NCBI GenBank assembly: GCA_002506365.1
Contig: DAXK01000045.1
Location: forward strand, 6,301 to 70,300
Length of the DNA: 64,000 nt
From: an archaeon UBA583
GTDB lineage: Archaea; Nanobdellota; Nanobdellia; Woesearchaeales; UBA583
Direction: 5' to 3'
Of the stretch, positions 1 to 10,177 are shown piece by piece. Below the pieces are notes generated by a model. It ran no database searches and had not been told where the DNA came from. It saw only the letters and a list, made by a program, of their open reading frames with translations. A program made the position numbers and the translations under genes. Every line of letters starts with the position of its first letter. Position 1 is the first letter of the stretch.

Positions 1-1500
1 TTTTTAAACTTCACAGTAAATTCAGGACAAATCACTGAATCTATTTTAAAATCAATTGAATCAAACAAATTCAAAGATATTAAATCAGAAAACCCTCAAA
101 AAGTATTAATTGAATACCCTAGTCCAAACACAAACAAAAACCTACACATCGGACACGTAAGAAATATCTTATTAGGAAACACACTAATTAATATTTTAAA
201 AGCAACAGGAAATCAAGTAATTAAAACAAGTATCAATAACGATAGAGGAATTGCAATCTGTAAAGCAATGATGGGATACCAATTATTTCACTCTAATGAT
301 ACACCAGAATCAATGAATCTAAAACCAGATGAATTTGTAGCAAAATGTTATGTAGAATTTGAAGCTGAAACTAAAAAAGATGAAACATTAAACGAAAAGG
401 CGCAAGCAATGTTAGTTAAATGGGAAGAAAACGATAAACAAACTAGAGACTTATGGGAAAAAATTTTAGATTTAGTATACTCAGGATATAAAGAAACATT
501 TGAAAACTATAAACTTGGAGAATTTGATGAACAATACTACGAATCTCAAATTTACGATAAAGGAAAAGAAATTGTCGAAGACGCAATAAACTCAAAAGTT
601 GAAGGATTTAAATATGACGAAGAATCAGGGGCAGCTTTAGTTGACTTTGAAAACGAAACTTTTGGAAAAAAATATCTATTAAGAGGAGATGGAACAACTC
701 TTTATATGACTCAAGACTTATACTTAGCAAAATTAAAACACGACAAATATAATGCTGACAAATATGTATTTATTGTAGGGAAAGAACAACAATATCACTT
801 TGAAGTATTATTTGAAATCTTAGGTAGATTAGGATTAGGAGGAGCAGAAAAAAATTATCACTTTGCTTACGGTTACGTATTTAATAAAGATGGAACTAAA
901 TTCTCATCAAGAGCAGGAAATGTTGTAGGTGCTGATTGGTTATTAAAAGAAATGATTGAACACTCTAAACAAAACTTATTAGGAAAAGATTTAACAAAAG
1001 ACTTACCTGTTGAGGAATTAAACAAAAGAGCAAGCATTATTGGATATGGAGCACTAGCATTTTCAATGTTAAATGTAAACGCACTATCTGATATGAAATT
1101 TGATATGGATAAAGCTTTAGCATTTGAAGGAGAAACAGGACCATATGTTCAATATACATACGCAAGAATTAAATCAATTTTAAGAAAAGCAAACCAAAAC
1201 AATATTACAACTAAAGATATCGATTTCAATAACTACAACGATAGTGAAGTTCAATTAATTAAACAATTAGGAGAATTTCAAAACGCAGTATTACAAGCAG
1301 AACAAAAATTCAAACCAAGTGCAATTTCAAATTATTTAATTAGAGTTTGTCAATCTTTCAACGAATTCTATCAAAATAATAAAATTGTTGGAGGAGATGA
1401 AGATAAATTACAATCAAGATTATTATTAATTGAATCAACATCTAAAGTAATTCAAACAGGACTAGGATTATTAGGAATTGAAACTTTAGAAGAAATGTAA
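1..1500 (+). CDS. argS: Arginyl-tRNA synthetase, 5' partial (reading frame is open from base 1; the ORF-track Met at 268 is internal)
   Basis: Frame 1 is open from position 1 and encodes ...PSPNTNKNLHIGHVRN (class I HIGH motif). KFSSRAGNVV matches the ArgRS KMSKS-like MSTRxG region, and the protein ends in the conserved C-terminal Met (..ETLEEM*). Confidence 0.8.
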   Translation, partial: FLNFTVNSGQITESILKSIESNKFKDIKSENPQKVLIEYPSPNTNKNLHIGHVRNILLGNTLINILKATGNQVIKTSINNDRGIAICKAMMGYQLFHSNDTPESMNLKPDEFVAKCYVEFEAETKKDETLNEKAQAMLVKWEENDKQTRDLWEKILDLVYSGYKETFENYKLGEFDEQYYESQIYDKGKEIVEDAINSKVEGFKYDEESGAALVDFENETFGKKYLLRGDGTTLYMTQDLYLAKLKHDKYNADKYVFIVGKEQQYHFEVLFEILGRLGLGGAEKNYHFAYGYVFNKDGTKFSSRAGNVVGADWLLKEMIEHSKQNLLGKDLTKDLPVEELNKRASIIGYGALAFSMLNVNALSDMKFDMDKALAFEGETGPYVQYTYARIKSILRKANQNNITTKDIDFNNYNDSEVQLIKQLGEFQNAVLQAEQKFKPSAISNYLIRVCQSFNEFYQNNKIVGGDEDKLQSRLLLIESTSKVIQTGLGLLGIETLEEM

Positions 1501-1606
1501 TATTTTTGGCTTTGTCAAAAATTAATTATCTAAATTATTTTTTATTTTTAATAACAACTAACACTTACAACAAATCTTTAAAACATTAAAACACAAATTT
1601 TAAATT

Positions 1607-2119
1607 ATGTTAAAAAGAAACCACTTTTTATGGACTTTAGGAATAAGTCCATGGATATTCCACTACCTAAACTACGAACTAGAATTAATTTTTGCTCTAT
1701 CAATAATCACTGCATTTTTATCTTCCTTGCCAGACTTAGACCAAAAAATTGTAAAATACTTTAAAAAATTAAACTACAAAAGTTTTTTCCTAACTTATCC
1801 AATTTATTTACTGATAAAATTAATATTTAAACATAGAACAATTACACACAGTCTATTTATTCCAACAGTAATTTTAATTTTAAATTATTCTAACATAGAA
1901 AATATTTTTATTTCACACTTTCTAATCTCATTAAGTTTAGCTTTAATTTTACACATTTTAGAAGATGCGATGACAATTGCAGGAGTTAAAGCATTTTGGC
2001 CAATTCCAATCAAAATTAGATTTGCAAGTTTTAAAACTGCATCAAATTTTGACAATAATATCTTACACATTTTAGGATTACTTATATTAATTAGTTTCCC
2101 AAGTTATTATTTCTTATAG
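1607..2119 (+). CDS. Membrane-bound metal-dependent hydrolase, YdjM/DUF457-like
   Basis: Multi-TM protein carrying KHRTITHSLF and HILEDAMTIAGVKAFWPI, which resemble the conserved H/D motifs of the DUF457 (YdjM) family. Confidence 0.5.
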   Translation: MLKRNHFLWTLGISPWIFHYLNYELELIFALSIITAFLSSLPDLDQKIVKYFKKLNYKSFFLTYPIYLLIKLIFKHRTITHSLFIPTVILILNYSNIENIFISHFLISLSLALILHILEDAMTIAGVKAFWPIPIKIRFASFKTASNFDNNILHILGLLILISFPSYYFL

Positions 2120-2170
2120 ATAATAATTATTAAATAATCTTTTTAAATCAATTTTAACTTTCTAATTTAT

Positions 2171-3139
2171 ATGAATCAACCAACCAACCAACCTACTCTA
2201 TATTTCCCACCAATCAACAAACTCGGAAATGTAGCATTTAGACGAGTATGTAATAACTCTGGAGCCGAATTTGTCTTCACAGAAATGGTACGAGTTGAAA
2301 AAATAATTGAAGGTGACCCTTTCCAATTAAGAAAACTAAGAATTCCAAAAGATATGGAAAATAAAACAATTGTCCAAATAATCTGTGAAGACATAAATCG
2401 AATTGAAGAGTGTGTTGACAAAATTGTAGAACTAACTCATGGACTATTTGAAATTAATTATAATATGGGTTGCCCACAATCCACAATGTCCAAAAACGAA
2501 TGTGGTGGAGGAATTGTAAAAAACCCAACCAAAGTAAAACAAGTAGCACAAGCATTAGCCAAAGCCTGCAAAAAACACAATATCCAAGCATCAATTAAAA
2601 CAAGAATTGGATATGATAGAGAAAACATTAACATTTTAGAAAATGTTCAAAATATCAAAGACGCAGGAATTACAAAAATCTACATTCACGGAAGAACATT
2701 ATTAGATGGATACAGAAGACCAGCAACTTACGAAGAAATCGGACAAGTAAAAAAGAAATTCCCAGAACTTGAAATAATCGGAAACGGAGATATTGTTGAT
2801 TTAAATTCTTTAAATAACTTAATCAAACAAACAAATTGTGACGGAGTTTTAATCGGGAGAGCAGCTCTAAACAATCCATATATCTTCAAAGAACTAACAA
2901 ACCAAACACACATCAAACACAGTTCAGGAATTGAATTAATAACAACACTTCCAGCAATAATCGAATTATTACAATACGGAATTCAAGAAGAATTAAATTT
3001 AGACTATTTAAAGCAAAATATTGTATTTATGACAAAAGGTGTTATAGGAAGTTCTGAATTTAGAACAAAATTAAATAATACTTCTGACATTAAAGAATTT
3101 TTAACATATTGTGAAAATTTGAATATTAATAAATATTAA
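2171..3139 (+). CDS. dus: tRNA-dihydrouridine synthase
   Basis: The N-terminal FRRVCNNSGAEFVFTEMV matches Dus (FRrlcrelGa..vyTEMv). The NMGCPQ motif with its catalytic Cys is present, consistent with a TIM-barrel flavoenzyme. Confidence 0.8.
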   Translation: MNQPTNQPTLYFPPINKLGNVAFRRVCNNSGAEFVFTEMVRVEKIIEGDPFQLRKLRIPKDMENKTIVQIICEDINRIEECVDKIVELTHGLFEINYNMGCPQSTMSKNECGGGIVKNPTKVKQVAQALAKACKKHNIQASIKTRIGYDRENINILENVQNIKDAGITKIYIHGRTLLDGYRRPATYEEIGQVKKKFPELEIIGNGDIVDLNSLNNLIKQTNCDGVLIGRAALNNPYIFKELTNQTHIKHSSGIELITTLPAIIELLQYGIQEELNLDYLKQNIVFMTKGVIGSSEFRTKLNNTSDIKEFLTYCENLNINKY

Positions 3140-3147
3140 AATTAATT

Positions 3148-4281
3148 TTAATTCATCTCATTTTTAGTTAAATTATCTCTTGCTTTTTTAATTACAACAT
3201 TTTCCAATTCTAAAACAGCACTTACAATTTCTTCCATAATTTGAGAAATTGATAAATTATTCTCTTTTGAAAATATCTTATCAAAAAAACTCACCTTTTT
3301 CCCTGAACCTGATTTAAAATATAAATTAAACTTTTCATAATTAAAATTATTCCTAACATAATCATAATTCTCAACTAATTTATCTTTTCCTAAACCTTTA
3401 GCAAAAAACTCCATTTTATGAATATCTTCAATTACTCCATACGGCAAACAAGGAACACTCCCCATTAAAATATCTTTAAACTTTCCATTAGTAAAATGAA
3501 CTGTATTTGCACAAACACCCGTTAATTTAGTAAAATTATCTCCTTTCCCTGTATTTTCCCCATATTCATATTTAATCTTTGGAAAAATCTTTGGTAAAAT
3601 TTTAGGATAAAAATTATAATCACGACTTGTAATCACAATATCAGTAAATAACTTTGAATAACCACAATTCACATAAATATCTAAAATATAACACATTAAA
3701 CTAAAATCAAAAGAATCAACTAAAGGTTCCCCATACAAATTATTATCTCTAAAATACAAAACTAACTTTCTTTTTTTATTAGTTAACTTTTCCTCAAAAT
3801 TATACTTTTTCTTTAAAAATAATTCTTGCTCAAAATTAACTAACTCACAATTTCTCTCTCTCTCTAAATTTGAAACTTTCTTAAACTTTTTTTGAATATC
3901 CTTAGAATAAACATCACAAACTAACTTAAAACTATCAATTAAACTTAAACCTTCAAATCCCTCACTCATTTTTTCAATCTTTTTAACTTGCTCATACTTA
4001 AACAAAACATCATTAACTCCCTCAAATAAATAACAAATTTGTAAAGATAAATCTAAATAATCTAAATTTTTATTTTTATCATCTAACTTAACATAATAAT
4101 TATTTAAAACTAAATTACTAATCCTAACTTTACCCTCCTCATCAACTACAAACCAATCATCTAAATACTTTTTATCAATTTTAGAACTAATTTCATTATT
4201 TAACTTGGAAATTTCAATCATAACTACATTTTTAATTTTAATATTAAATATTTTACTAGTTATTTCCCTATAGTAAAACAT
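3148..4281 (-). CDS. Hypothetical protein (377 aa, soluble)
   Basis: Long ORF with host-like composition and no recognisable motif; the true start may be an internal Met. Confidence 0.4.
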   Translation of the reverse strand: MFYYREITSKIFNIKIKNVVMIEISKLNNEISSKIDKKYLDDWFVVDEEGKVRISNLVLNNYYVKLDDKNKNLDYLDLSLQICYLFEGVNDVLFKYEQVKKIEKMSEGFEGLSLIDSFKLVCDVYSKDIQKKFKKVSNLERERNCELVNFEQELFLKKKYNFEEKLTNKKRKLVLYFRDNNLYGEPLVDSFDFSLMCYILDIYVNCGYSKLFTDIVITSRDYNFYPKILPKIFPKIKYEYGENTGKGDNFTKLTGVCANTVHFTNGKFKDILMGSVPCLPYGVIEDIHKMEFFAKGLGKDKLVENYDYVRNNFNYEKFNLYFKSGSGKKVSFFDKIFSKENNLSISQIMEEIVSAVLELENVVIKKARDNLTKNEMN

Positions 4282-4327
4282 TAAACTTTAAAAATCAAAT
4301 ACACCATTTAATCGTATATAACAAAAA

Positions 4328-4618
4328 ATGGAACTATTATATTTATATTATTACTTTGGTACAATTAACTTAATTACAACAATTTTTTTTATTTGGGATA
4401 AATTTAAATCTCAATTTACATACGCTAGAAGAATATCTGAATCAAGTTTCCACATTTTAGAATTATTAGGAGGTTGCTTTTCAACTTTTTTTTTAATTAA
4501 TTTAATTAACCATAAAAGTGCAAAATTAAGTTTTCAAGTAATTTCATACACAATCTTAGGAGTTTGGATTTATTTTATATTCAAATTTAAAGATTTTTTA
4601 TTACCATTTTTGAACTAA
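4328..4618 (+). CDS. Small hydrophobic membrane protein (96 aa)
   Basis: Three predicted TM segments; no recognisable motif. Confidence 0.3.
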   Translation: MELLYLYYYFGTINLITTIFFIWDKFKSQFTYARRISESSFHILELLGGCFSTFFLINLINHKSAKLSFQVISYTILGVWIYFIFKFKDFLLPFLN

Positions 4619-4732
4619 TTTGAACTAATTAACACAACTAATAACATATCACTATCAGTAATATCTACACAATATTTAACAAAATCTTTGATTTATTCGC
4701 TGAATAAATTAAATATATTTATTTACTATTAC

Positions 4733-4755
4733 AAATTAAAAATAATCCTTTTAAA
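4733..4755 (+). promoter_or_regulatory. Conserved upstream motif AAATTAAAAATAATCCTTTTAAA, candidate BRE/TATA promoter of pilin-like gene 4777
   Basis: An identical 23-mer occurs at 6622-6644. Both copies end 22-23 nt before the start codon of a paralogous pilin-like gene. Confidence 0.4.
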
Positions 4756-4776
4756 GTGTAATTTATCAGTTTTTTT

Positions 4777-6528
4777 ATGTTTACACAATTTAATAAAAAA
4801 GCAGTCCACCCAGTTGTAGCTGTATCTTTATTATTAGTTGTATCTGTTATCGCAGTTGTTGGATTCCAATCTTGGTTTACCGAATTTTCGAGTTCAACTC
4901 TTACAAATGTTGAAACTCAAACATCAAAACAAGCAACAGAATTAAAAATAGAAGGATTATTTAATAATCAATTATATTTAAAAAATTCAAACACTAATAA
5001 TGTTAAAAATTCTAATTTAATTATTCAAAATATTAAAATTATAGATAAAACCTCAAAACAAATTTGTGGATTTAGTAATACTCCAATTACAAGTAATTCA
5101 AGTAATTCAAATTTATATAATAATTTACAAGGACATTGGAAATTTGACACAGACAATAATATTTTAAAAGACCACTCAAAAAATAATATGGATGGAGAGT
5201 TATATACAAGTTCAGATTTATTAGCAAATTTTGACAATGATTTTTCAACTCAAACAAACTATGGTTACACAATCACTGATCCAAATGGTGGAGTAAATTG
5301 TTCAGTTTCAGGAATTTCAGGGAATGGTTGTGAATTCACAATAGGTGGGGCAGAAAGACTAGCAATTACAAATCCAAAAAATTTTGATTTAACAAGCAAT
5401 TCAATAAAAGCATTTTCAATTTGGTTTAATTATTATGGTTCACCAGGTTATCAAGCAACAATTTTTGGAAAAACAACTTCAAACACTTGGCAAACTGGTC
5501 AAGGTTATGGTTTAATTGTAAGTGATTATAAACAACTTTCATTTTCAATAATTGATGAAAATAATAATAAATTATCATTAGAATCAGGAGCAAATTCAAT
5601 TAATTTTAATCAATGGAATCACGCTACTGTTCAATTTAATAATGGAAATTATAGTTTATATTTAAATGGGGTTTTAGTTGATAAAAACGATACTACAAGT
5701 TTAGGAAATTTTAGTTCAACATCAGTTTTAAGACTTGGAGCAGGAGGTTGGGGAAAATATTTTAATGGTAAGTTAGATGAATTTGCAGTTTATGATAAAG
5801 TATTAACACAATCAGAAATTAATAACTTATACACATCTAAAAAAGTAAAATATTTAGAACTAACTGGAAATAGTATTAAATTTGATGGAATAAACGACTA
5901 CATTGAATTACCTCAAAGTTCACATCTTTCAAACTTTGACGATTTATCAGTTATAATTACATATAAAACTCAAGATATAACTAGGAGTTATCCAAAATTT
6001 TTATCATCAAGAATTGAAAATAATGAATTCATATTTTTCGGTTTAGATAAAAATAATCAATACTTAGGAATTTCAAATTCAACTCCAACTGAAAAATGGA
6101 CAACAAGTAAAGTTACACATAGATATTTAACCTCAGAAATTGAAAAAAATAAAAAATATAAAACAATTTATACTTATAATGGAACTTCAAAATTAGCATC
6201 AATTTATAATTCACCTTCACAAGTTCAAAATGTAACAATGGATAATTGGATTCCAAATAAATTACAGAAATTTTATATTGGGACTGATGGGAATACTAAC
6301 ACTAATTATTTTGATGGGGAAATTTATGATATCCAAATTTATAACAAAGTATTATCCAATCAAGAAATCAATTTAATGTATTTAAATCAAGAAATCCCGA
6401 TTCAAATACATAATAATTCAATTTCAAAATATGATATTTCCTTATGTAATTTAGACAAAAACCAAATATATAATGTTTTAATTGAAACAAACTCTGGAAT
6501 AATTGAAACTATTTTACTTAACAAGTAA
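4777..6528 (+). CDS. Secreted or pilin-like protein with an archaeal class III signal peptide and two LamG (concanavalin A-like lectin) domains
   Basis: The N-terminus KKAVHPVVAVSLLLVVSVIAVVGFQSWF resembles an archaeal type IV prepilin signal. LamG_3-like motifs are present: LDEFAVYDKVLTQSEINNLY and FDGEIYDIQIYNKVLSNQEINLMY. Confidence 0.7.
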   Translation: MFTQFNKKAVHPVVAVSLLLVVSVIAVVGFQSWFTEFSSSTLTNVETQTSKQATELKIEGLFNNQLYLKNSNTNNVKNSNLIIQNIKIIDKTSKQICGFSNTPITSNSSNSNLYNNLQGHWKFDTDNNILKDHSKNNMDGELYTSSDLLANFDNDFSTQTNYGYTITDPNGGVNCSVSGISGNGCEFTIGGAERLAITNPKNFDLTSNSIKAFSIWFNYYGSPGYQATIFGKTTSNTWQTGQGYGLIVSDYKQLSFSIIDENNNKLSLESGANSINFNQWNHATVQFNNGNYSLYLNGVLVDKNDTTSLGNFSSTSVLRLGAGGWGKYFNGKLDEFAVYDKVLTQSEINNLYTSKKVKYLELTGNSIKFDGINDYIELPQSSHLSNFDDLSVIITYKTQDITRSYPKFLSSRIENNEFIFFGLDKNNQYLGISNSTPTEKWTTSKVTHRYLTSEIEKNKKYKTIYTYNGTSKLASIYNSPSQVQNVTMDNWIPNKLQKFYIGTDGNTNTNYFDGEIYDIQIYNKVLSNQEINLMYLNQEIPIQIHNNSISKYDISLCNLDKNQIYNVLIETNSGIIETILLNK

Positions 6529-6621
6529 TGTAATAAGTTTTCATTAAAATATTTCAAATTTAATATCCTACATATAATATTCCATCTACAATATATCTGT
6601 TTATACTCTATTCACTCTCTA

Positions 6622-6644
6622 AAATTAAAAATAATCCTTTTAAA
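6622..6644 (+). promoter_or_regulatory. Second copy of the 23-mer AAATTAAAAATAATCCTTTTAAA, upstream of pilin-like gene 6667
   Basis: Exact repeat of the motif at 4733-4755 with the same spacing to the ATG. Confidence 0.4.
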
Positions 6645-6666
6645 CAGATTAATTAATAAATTAGTT

Positions 6667-7086
6667 ATGTATAACTCTTTAAAAAGTAAAAAAGCAGTTC
6701 ACCCTGTTGTATCAGTTGCCCTTTTATTAGTTGTAGCAGTTGTATCTGTTGTTGGTTTCCAAGGATGGTTTAGTTCATTTTCAACAGAAGTTTTAGTAAG
6801 TGTCGAACAAGACACAAATACTCAAATCCCTAGTGATATATACGTTGAAGGTTTAAGTTCAAACAAGATATTTTTAAAATCTCACTCTGGAGCATCAACA
6901 ATCACAAATATTGAAATTCTAAGTGAAAATAAAACTCAAATGTGTATTTTGCCAATAAATTCTAAAATCACAAAAGGTGTATCTCCAATTGATGTTTCAT
7001 CTTGTTCATTAATTTCAAATAACGTTTATGAAATTTTAATTATCGCTAATAACCAATTAGTTCAAAATACAAAAATTGCTAGATAA
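6667..7086 (+). CDS. Small archaeal type IV pilin-like protein (class III signal peptide)
   Basis: SKKAVHPVVSVALLLVVAVVSVVGFQGWFSSFSTEVLVSVEQDT shares about 70 aa of N-terminal module with ORFs 4777, 51629 and 39935(-). Confidence 0.65.
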   Translation: MYNSLKSKKAVHPVVSVALLLVVAVVSVVGFQGWFSSFSTEVLVSVEQDTNTQIPSDIYVEGLSSNKIFLKSHSGASTITNIEILSENKTQMCILPINSKITKGVSPIDVSSCSLISNNVYEILIIANNQLVQNTKIAR

Positions 7087-7209
7087 TTTGAAAATTTATT
7101 TTTTCAAATTAATTTATATTTTCTTTATTCTATAAAACTATTAACCTACATAACTAATTTTTCTTAAGTGAAAACGATTATTTAAAAACCAAAAATCCAT
7201 AAATAAAAT

Positions 7210-8985
7210 ATGTTATACTCTCTAAAAGAATTAATTTTTGGATTAAATGAATTTGAAAAAGCAAAAATTGATGATAGAATTAATCAAGCTTTTTTATTAG
7301 TTCCAAAAATAAAATTAGAGAGATTAGAAGATTTTGAAATTTTAGAAGAAAATATTTACAAATTAAAAGAACAATTAAGAATTAAATCAAGTAATTTAAA
7401 TCGTGTAATTAAAAATAATAAACAATTACCTAAAAAAAAAGTTTTAGAATTTATTAAAGATTTAGAAAATATTAGATATGATTTTTTAAAAGAAGTATTT
7501 TCAAAAATTGAACCAAATAAATTTTCAAATAATTCTTCACAACTAAATTCTAATAATCAAACTATTGATTTAAAAGAAACTAAAATTGAGCCAAAAATAG
7601 ATTCAAAAATTAATCCTGAAATTATTTCTAAAGAAAATTCTAATGAAATACTTGAAGAAAAATCAGATGAAAATAAAATTAAATTATTGGATGAACCAAA
7701 TTTCACACTTTTAATAAATAATGGTAAAACACCTTATTTAACAATTAAATTTAAACATCAATTAGATTTAATTATTTTAAAAAACTTATCAAGTTTATTT
7801 TTTGAAATTTACCAAATGCACGGAACAAATATTATAGTTGAAAATAATACAGCTTTAATAATTCCAAGATTTCAAGGAGATAATTTAATTAATTTACCTC
7901 AAATACAAATTGATTTAGACCAAATTTATAACTTATTAAAATCAAATCAAAATAATAAAAAAAATAACAAACTTGAAGACTCAAATGAAAATAAAGAAAA
8001 AAACCTAACTGAAAATACAAATGAAAAAACTGATAACAACACTAATGAAATAAAACTAGATGAAACTAAAAAACTTGATTCAAATCAACAATATCTAAAC
8101 ATTAATGATGATTTCAAAAAACAAGAATTCAAAACAAAAAAATACGATGAAGATTCACTTGATGCTCTTTTAACAAAACATCAAAAGGAAAATAAACCAA
8201 AAGATGAACCAAACATTACAAAAGCAAATCAAGAAAATGAAAAAATAATATCTGAACCTAAAACTGAATCCATTACTTTTGAAAAAAAAGAACAAGAAAT
8301 TAAAGAACCAGAAATTCAAATTTTAAAAGATGAACATTTAGACTTAATTAAAAAACAAGAAGAAAAATTTGATTTAACTAATAAAAATTCAACTCCCAAT
8401 CAAACAAAAATTGAAACTAAAAAAGAAAATTCATCTGAACAAAACTTAGAACAATCCAAACAAAATAAAATGGATGCTCAAAAACAAATCCAACAATTTC
8501 AATTTGAAATTTATCGTGACGATAATATTGTAGTATATTTTAAAGAAGATTCAAAATCAATTGGGACATTATGTGTGACAACTCCAAATGGAGAATCCAT
8601 CCACAAATTATCTGAAAATGAACTATCTTACTTAACAATATTTTCAAAAGTTTTTGCGGGAGTCTTATTTGAAGTTGTAGGTTGCCATGGAACAAATATT
8701 ATTTGGAACTTTAATGATAATATGATTTCAATTATTCCAAGACACCAAGACGATAATGTTTTAAAAATGTGGGAATTAAACCAGCAAAAACCTGAAACAT
8801 TAGAAAAAATAAAAGAAAAATTATTAACAACAATCTTAATAGAACAAGAAAAAAATAAACCAAAAACTCCAATTGCTAAAGATGAAAAACCAAAACCAGC
8901 AATTGAAAAAATTGAAGGTGAATCTTCAGATGATAAAGAAAAAAGAGCTCAACACTTACTAAATTCATTAAGGAGAATTCCTTAA
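7210..8985 (+). CDS. Protein with two degenerate HIT-like domains separated by a K/E/N-rich low-complexity linker
   Basis: Two internal repeats resemble the HIT fold (..HGTNIIVENNTALIIPRFQGDN and ..HGTNIIWNFNDNMISIIPRHQDDN, compare N.G..AGQ.V.HvHlHvIPR..gD). The His-x-His-x-His triad is replaced in both copies. Confidence 0.4.
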   Translation: MLYSLKELIFGLNEFEKAKIDDRINQAFLLVPKIKLERLEDFEILEENIYKLKEQLRIKSSNLNRVIKNNKQLPKKKVLEFIKDLENIRYDFLKEVFSKIEPNKFSNNSSQLNSNNQTIDLKETKIEPKIDSKINPEIISKENSNEILEEKSDENKIKLLDEPNFTLLINNGKTPYLTIKFKHQLDLIILKNLSSLFFEIYQMHGTNIIVENNTALIIPRFQGDNLINLPQIQIDLDQIYNLLKSNQNNKKNNKLEDSNENKEKNLTENTNEKTDNNTNEIKLDETKKLDSNQQYLNINDDFKKQEFKTKKYDEDSLDALLTKHQKENKPKDEPNITKANQENEKIISEPKTESITFEKKEQEIKEPEIQILKDEHLDLIKKQEEKFDLTNKNSTPNQTKIETKKENSSEQNLEQSKQNKMDAQKQIQQFQFEIYRDDNIVVYFKEDSKSIGTLCVTTPNGESIHKLSENELSYLTIFSKVFAGVLFEVVGCHGTNIIWNFNDNMISIIPRHQDDNVLKMWELNQQKPETLEKIKEKLLTTILIEQEKNKPKTPIAKDEKPKPAIEKIEGESSDDKEKRAQHLLNSLRRIP

Positions 8986-9005
8986 AATAAATTTATATTT
9001 TCAAA

Positions 9006-9797
9006 ATGGAAACTTTAAAAAAACAAAACTCTATAGAAACTCAAATTCAAAGACTATTTTCAAAACTAGAAACCTATCAACTAGAAATTTTCGCATATAG
9101 TTCACAAAACAATTTACCTATATTAACTCCATCCCCTTTAGAAAATTTCACTCTATTTAACTCTGAAATTTGTTTTAACCAACTAAATCAATTACACTCT
9201 AATATCTTAAACTTTGTAAAAATAATAAATACTCCTCTATATGTTAAACATCAAGAAACAATTTCTAGATATAACTCATTAATATTTCGCATAATTGGGA
9301 ACTTAAGACTTTTAATTGAATTTTATCAATCTCAACATAGATATAATTTATCACTTAGAAAAGGTCTAGATTCATTTAACTTAAATTTAATCTATCAAAA
9401 TTCCTCATTTCCAAATACATTTCAAAAAGATAATCTTCTAATGTTTACAAAACTTTCAAACTTTCCATTTGAAAATAAAAAATACCTAATAACTCTCTCA
9501 ACATTTCACAAATCAACAGGATTTTTCACAAATTTAAAACATTCAGAATTTCATTTAATTTATCAAAAAAATGATACAATTGGTTTTAAAGATGATTCAA
9601 ATGTATACTATTCAAAAACAAAAGAAGAATTTTTAAATCAATTATTTGAAAAAATAAATAAACTATCAAATACAAATTTTAATATTCAAACCGATGAAAA
9701 TAAAATAATCTCAATAATAATTCATTCTAGTTTTGATGGAAAATTTGAAAATGACCCACCAGTTATAAACCAAGAACAATTCAAAAAAGTAGCATAA
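9006..9797 (+). CDS. Hypothetical protein (263 aa)
   Basis: ORF only. It starts 20 bp after ORF 7210..8985, so the two are probably co-transcribed. Confidence 0.4.
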   Translation: METLKKQNSIETQIQRLFSKLETYQLEIFAYSSQNNLPILTPSPLENFTLFNSEICFNQLNQLHSNILNFVKIINTPLYVKHQETISRYNSLIFRIIGNLRLLIEFYQSQHRYNLSLRKGLDSFNLNLIYQNSSFPNTFQKDNLLMFTKLSNFPFENKKYLITLSTFHKSTGFFTNLKHSEFHLIYQKNDTIGFKDDSNVYYSKTKEEFLNQLFEKINKLSNTNFNIQTDENKIISIIIHSSFDGKFENDPPVINQEQFKKVA

Positions 9798-9871
9798 ATA
9801 ATCTCAAATTTATATCCAATTATTATAATAAATCAAAGGTTTTATAAACCTATAAATTTTTATCCTAAATT

Positions 9872-10177
9872 ATGAGTGAATTCAAACAAGTGCTAGAAAT
9901 TGAAAAGAAATTTCAAAAAACTATTTCTACTGCAAATTCTAAATCTGAAACTAAAATTAATAAATCAGTTTCAGATTTAAAACTTAAAGAAGAAGCAATG
10001 AAAAAAGACTTAATTTCAGAATTAAATACTGACTTAGACAAACTAAAATCAGATTTAACAAAAAAAGGAGAACTGCAAGTTGAAAATTCAAAAAAAATGG
10101 CAGAAAATATTATTAAAACAGCAAACATCGATAAAGCTGTATCACACTTAGTGGGAGAATTTAAAAATGGCTTTTAG
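9872..10177 (+). CDS. atpH: A-type ATP synthase subunit H (stator stalk, coiled-coil)
   Basis: 101-aa charged coiled-coil protein lying immediately upstream of atpI and overlapping it by 11 nt, which is the canonical archaeal H-I-K-E-C-F-A-B-D order. Confidence 0.5.
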   Translation: MSEFKQVLEIEKKFQKTISTANSKSETKINKSVSDLKLKEEAMKKDLISELNTDLDKLKSDLTKKGELQVENSKKMAENIIKTANIDKAVSHLVGEFKNGF

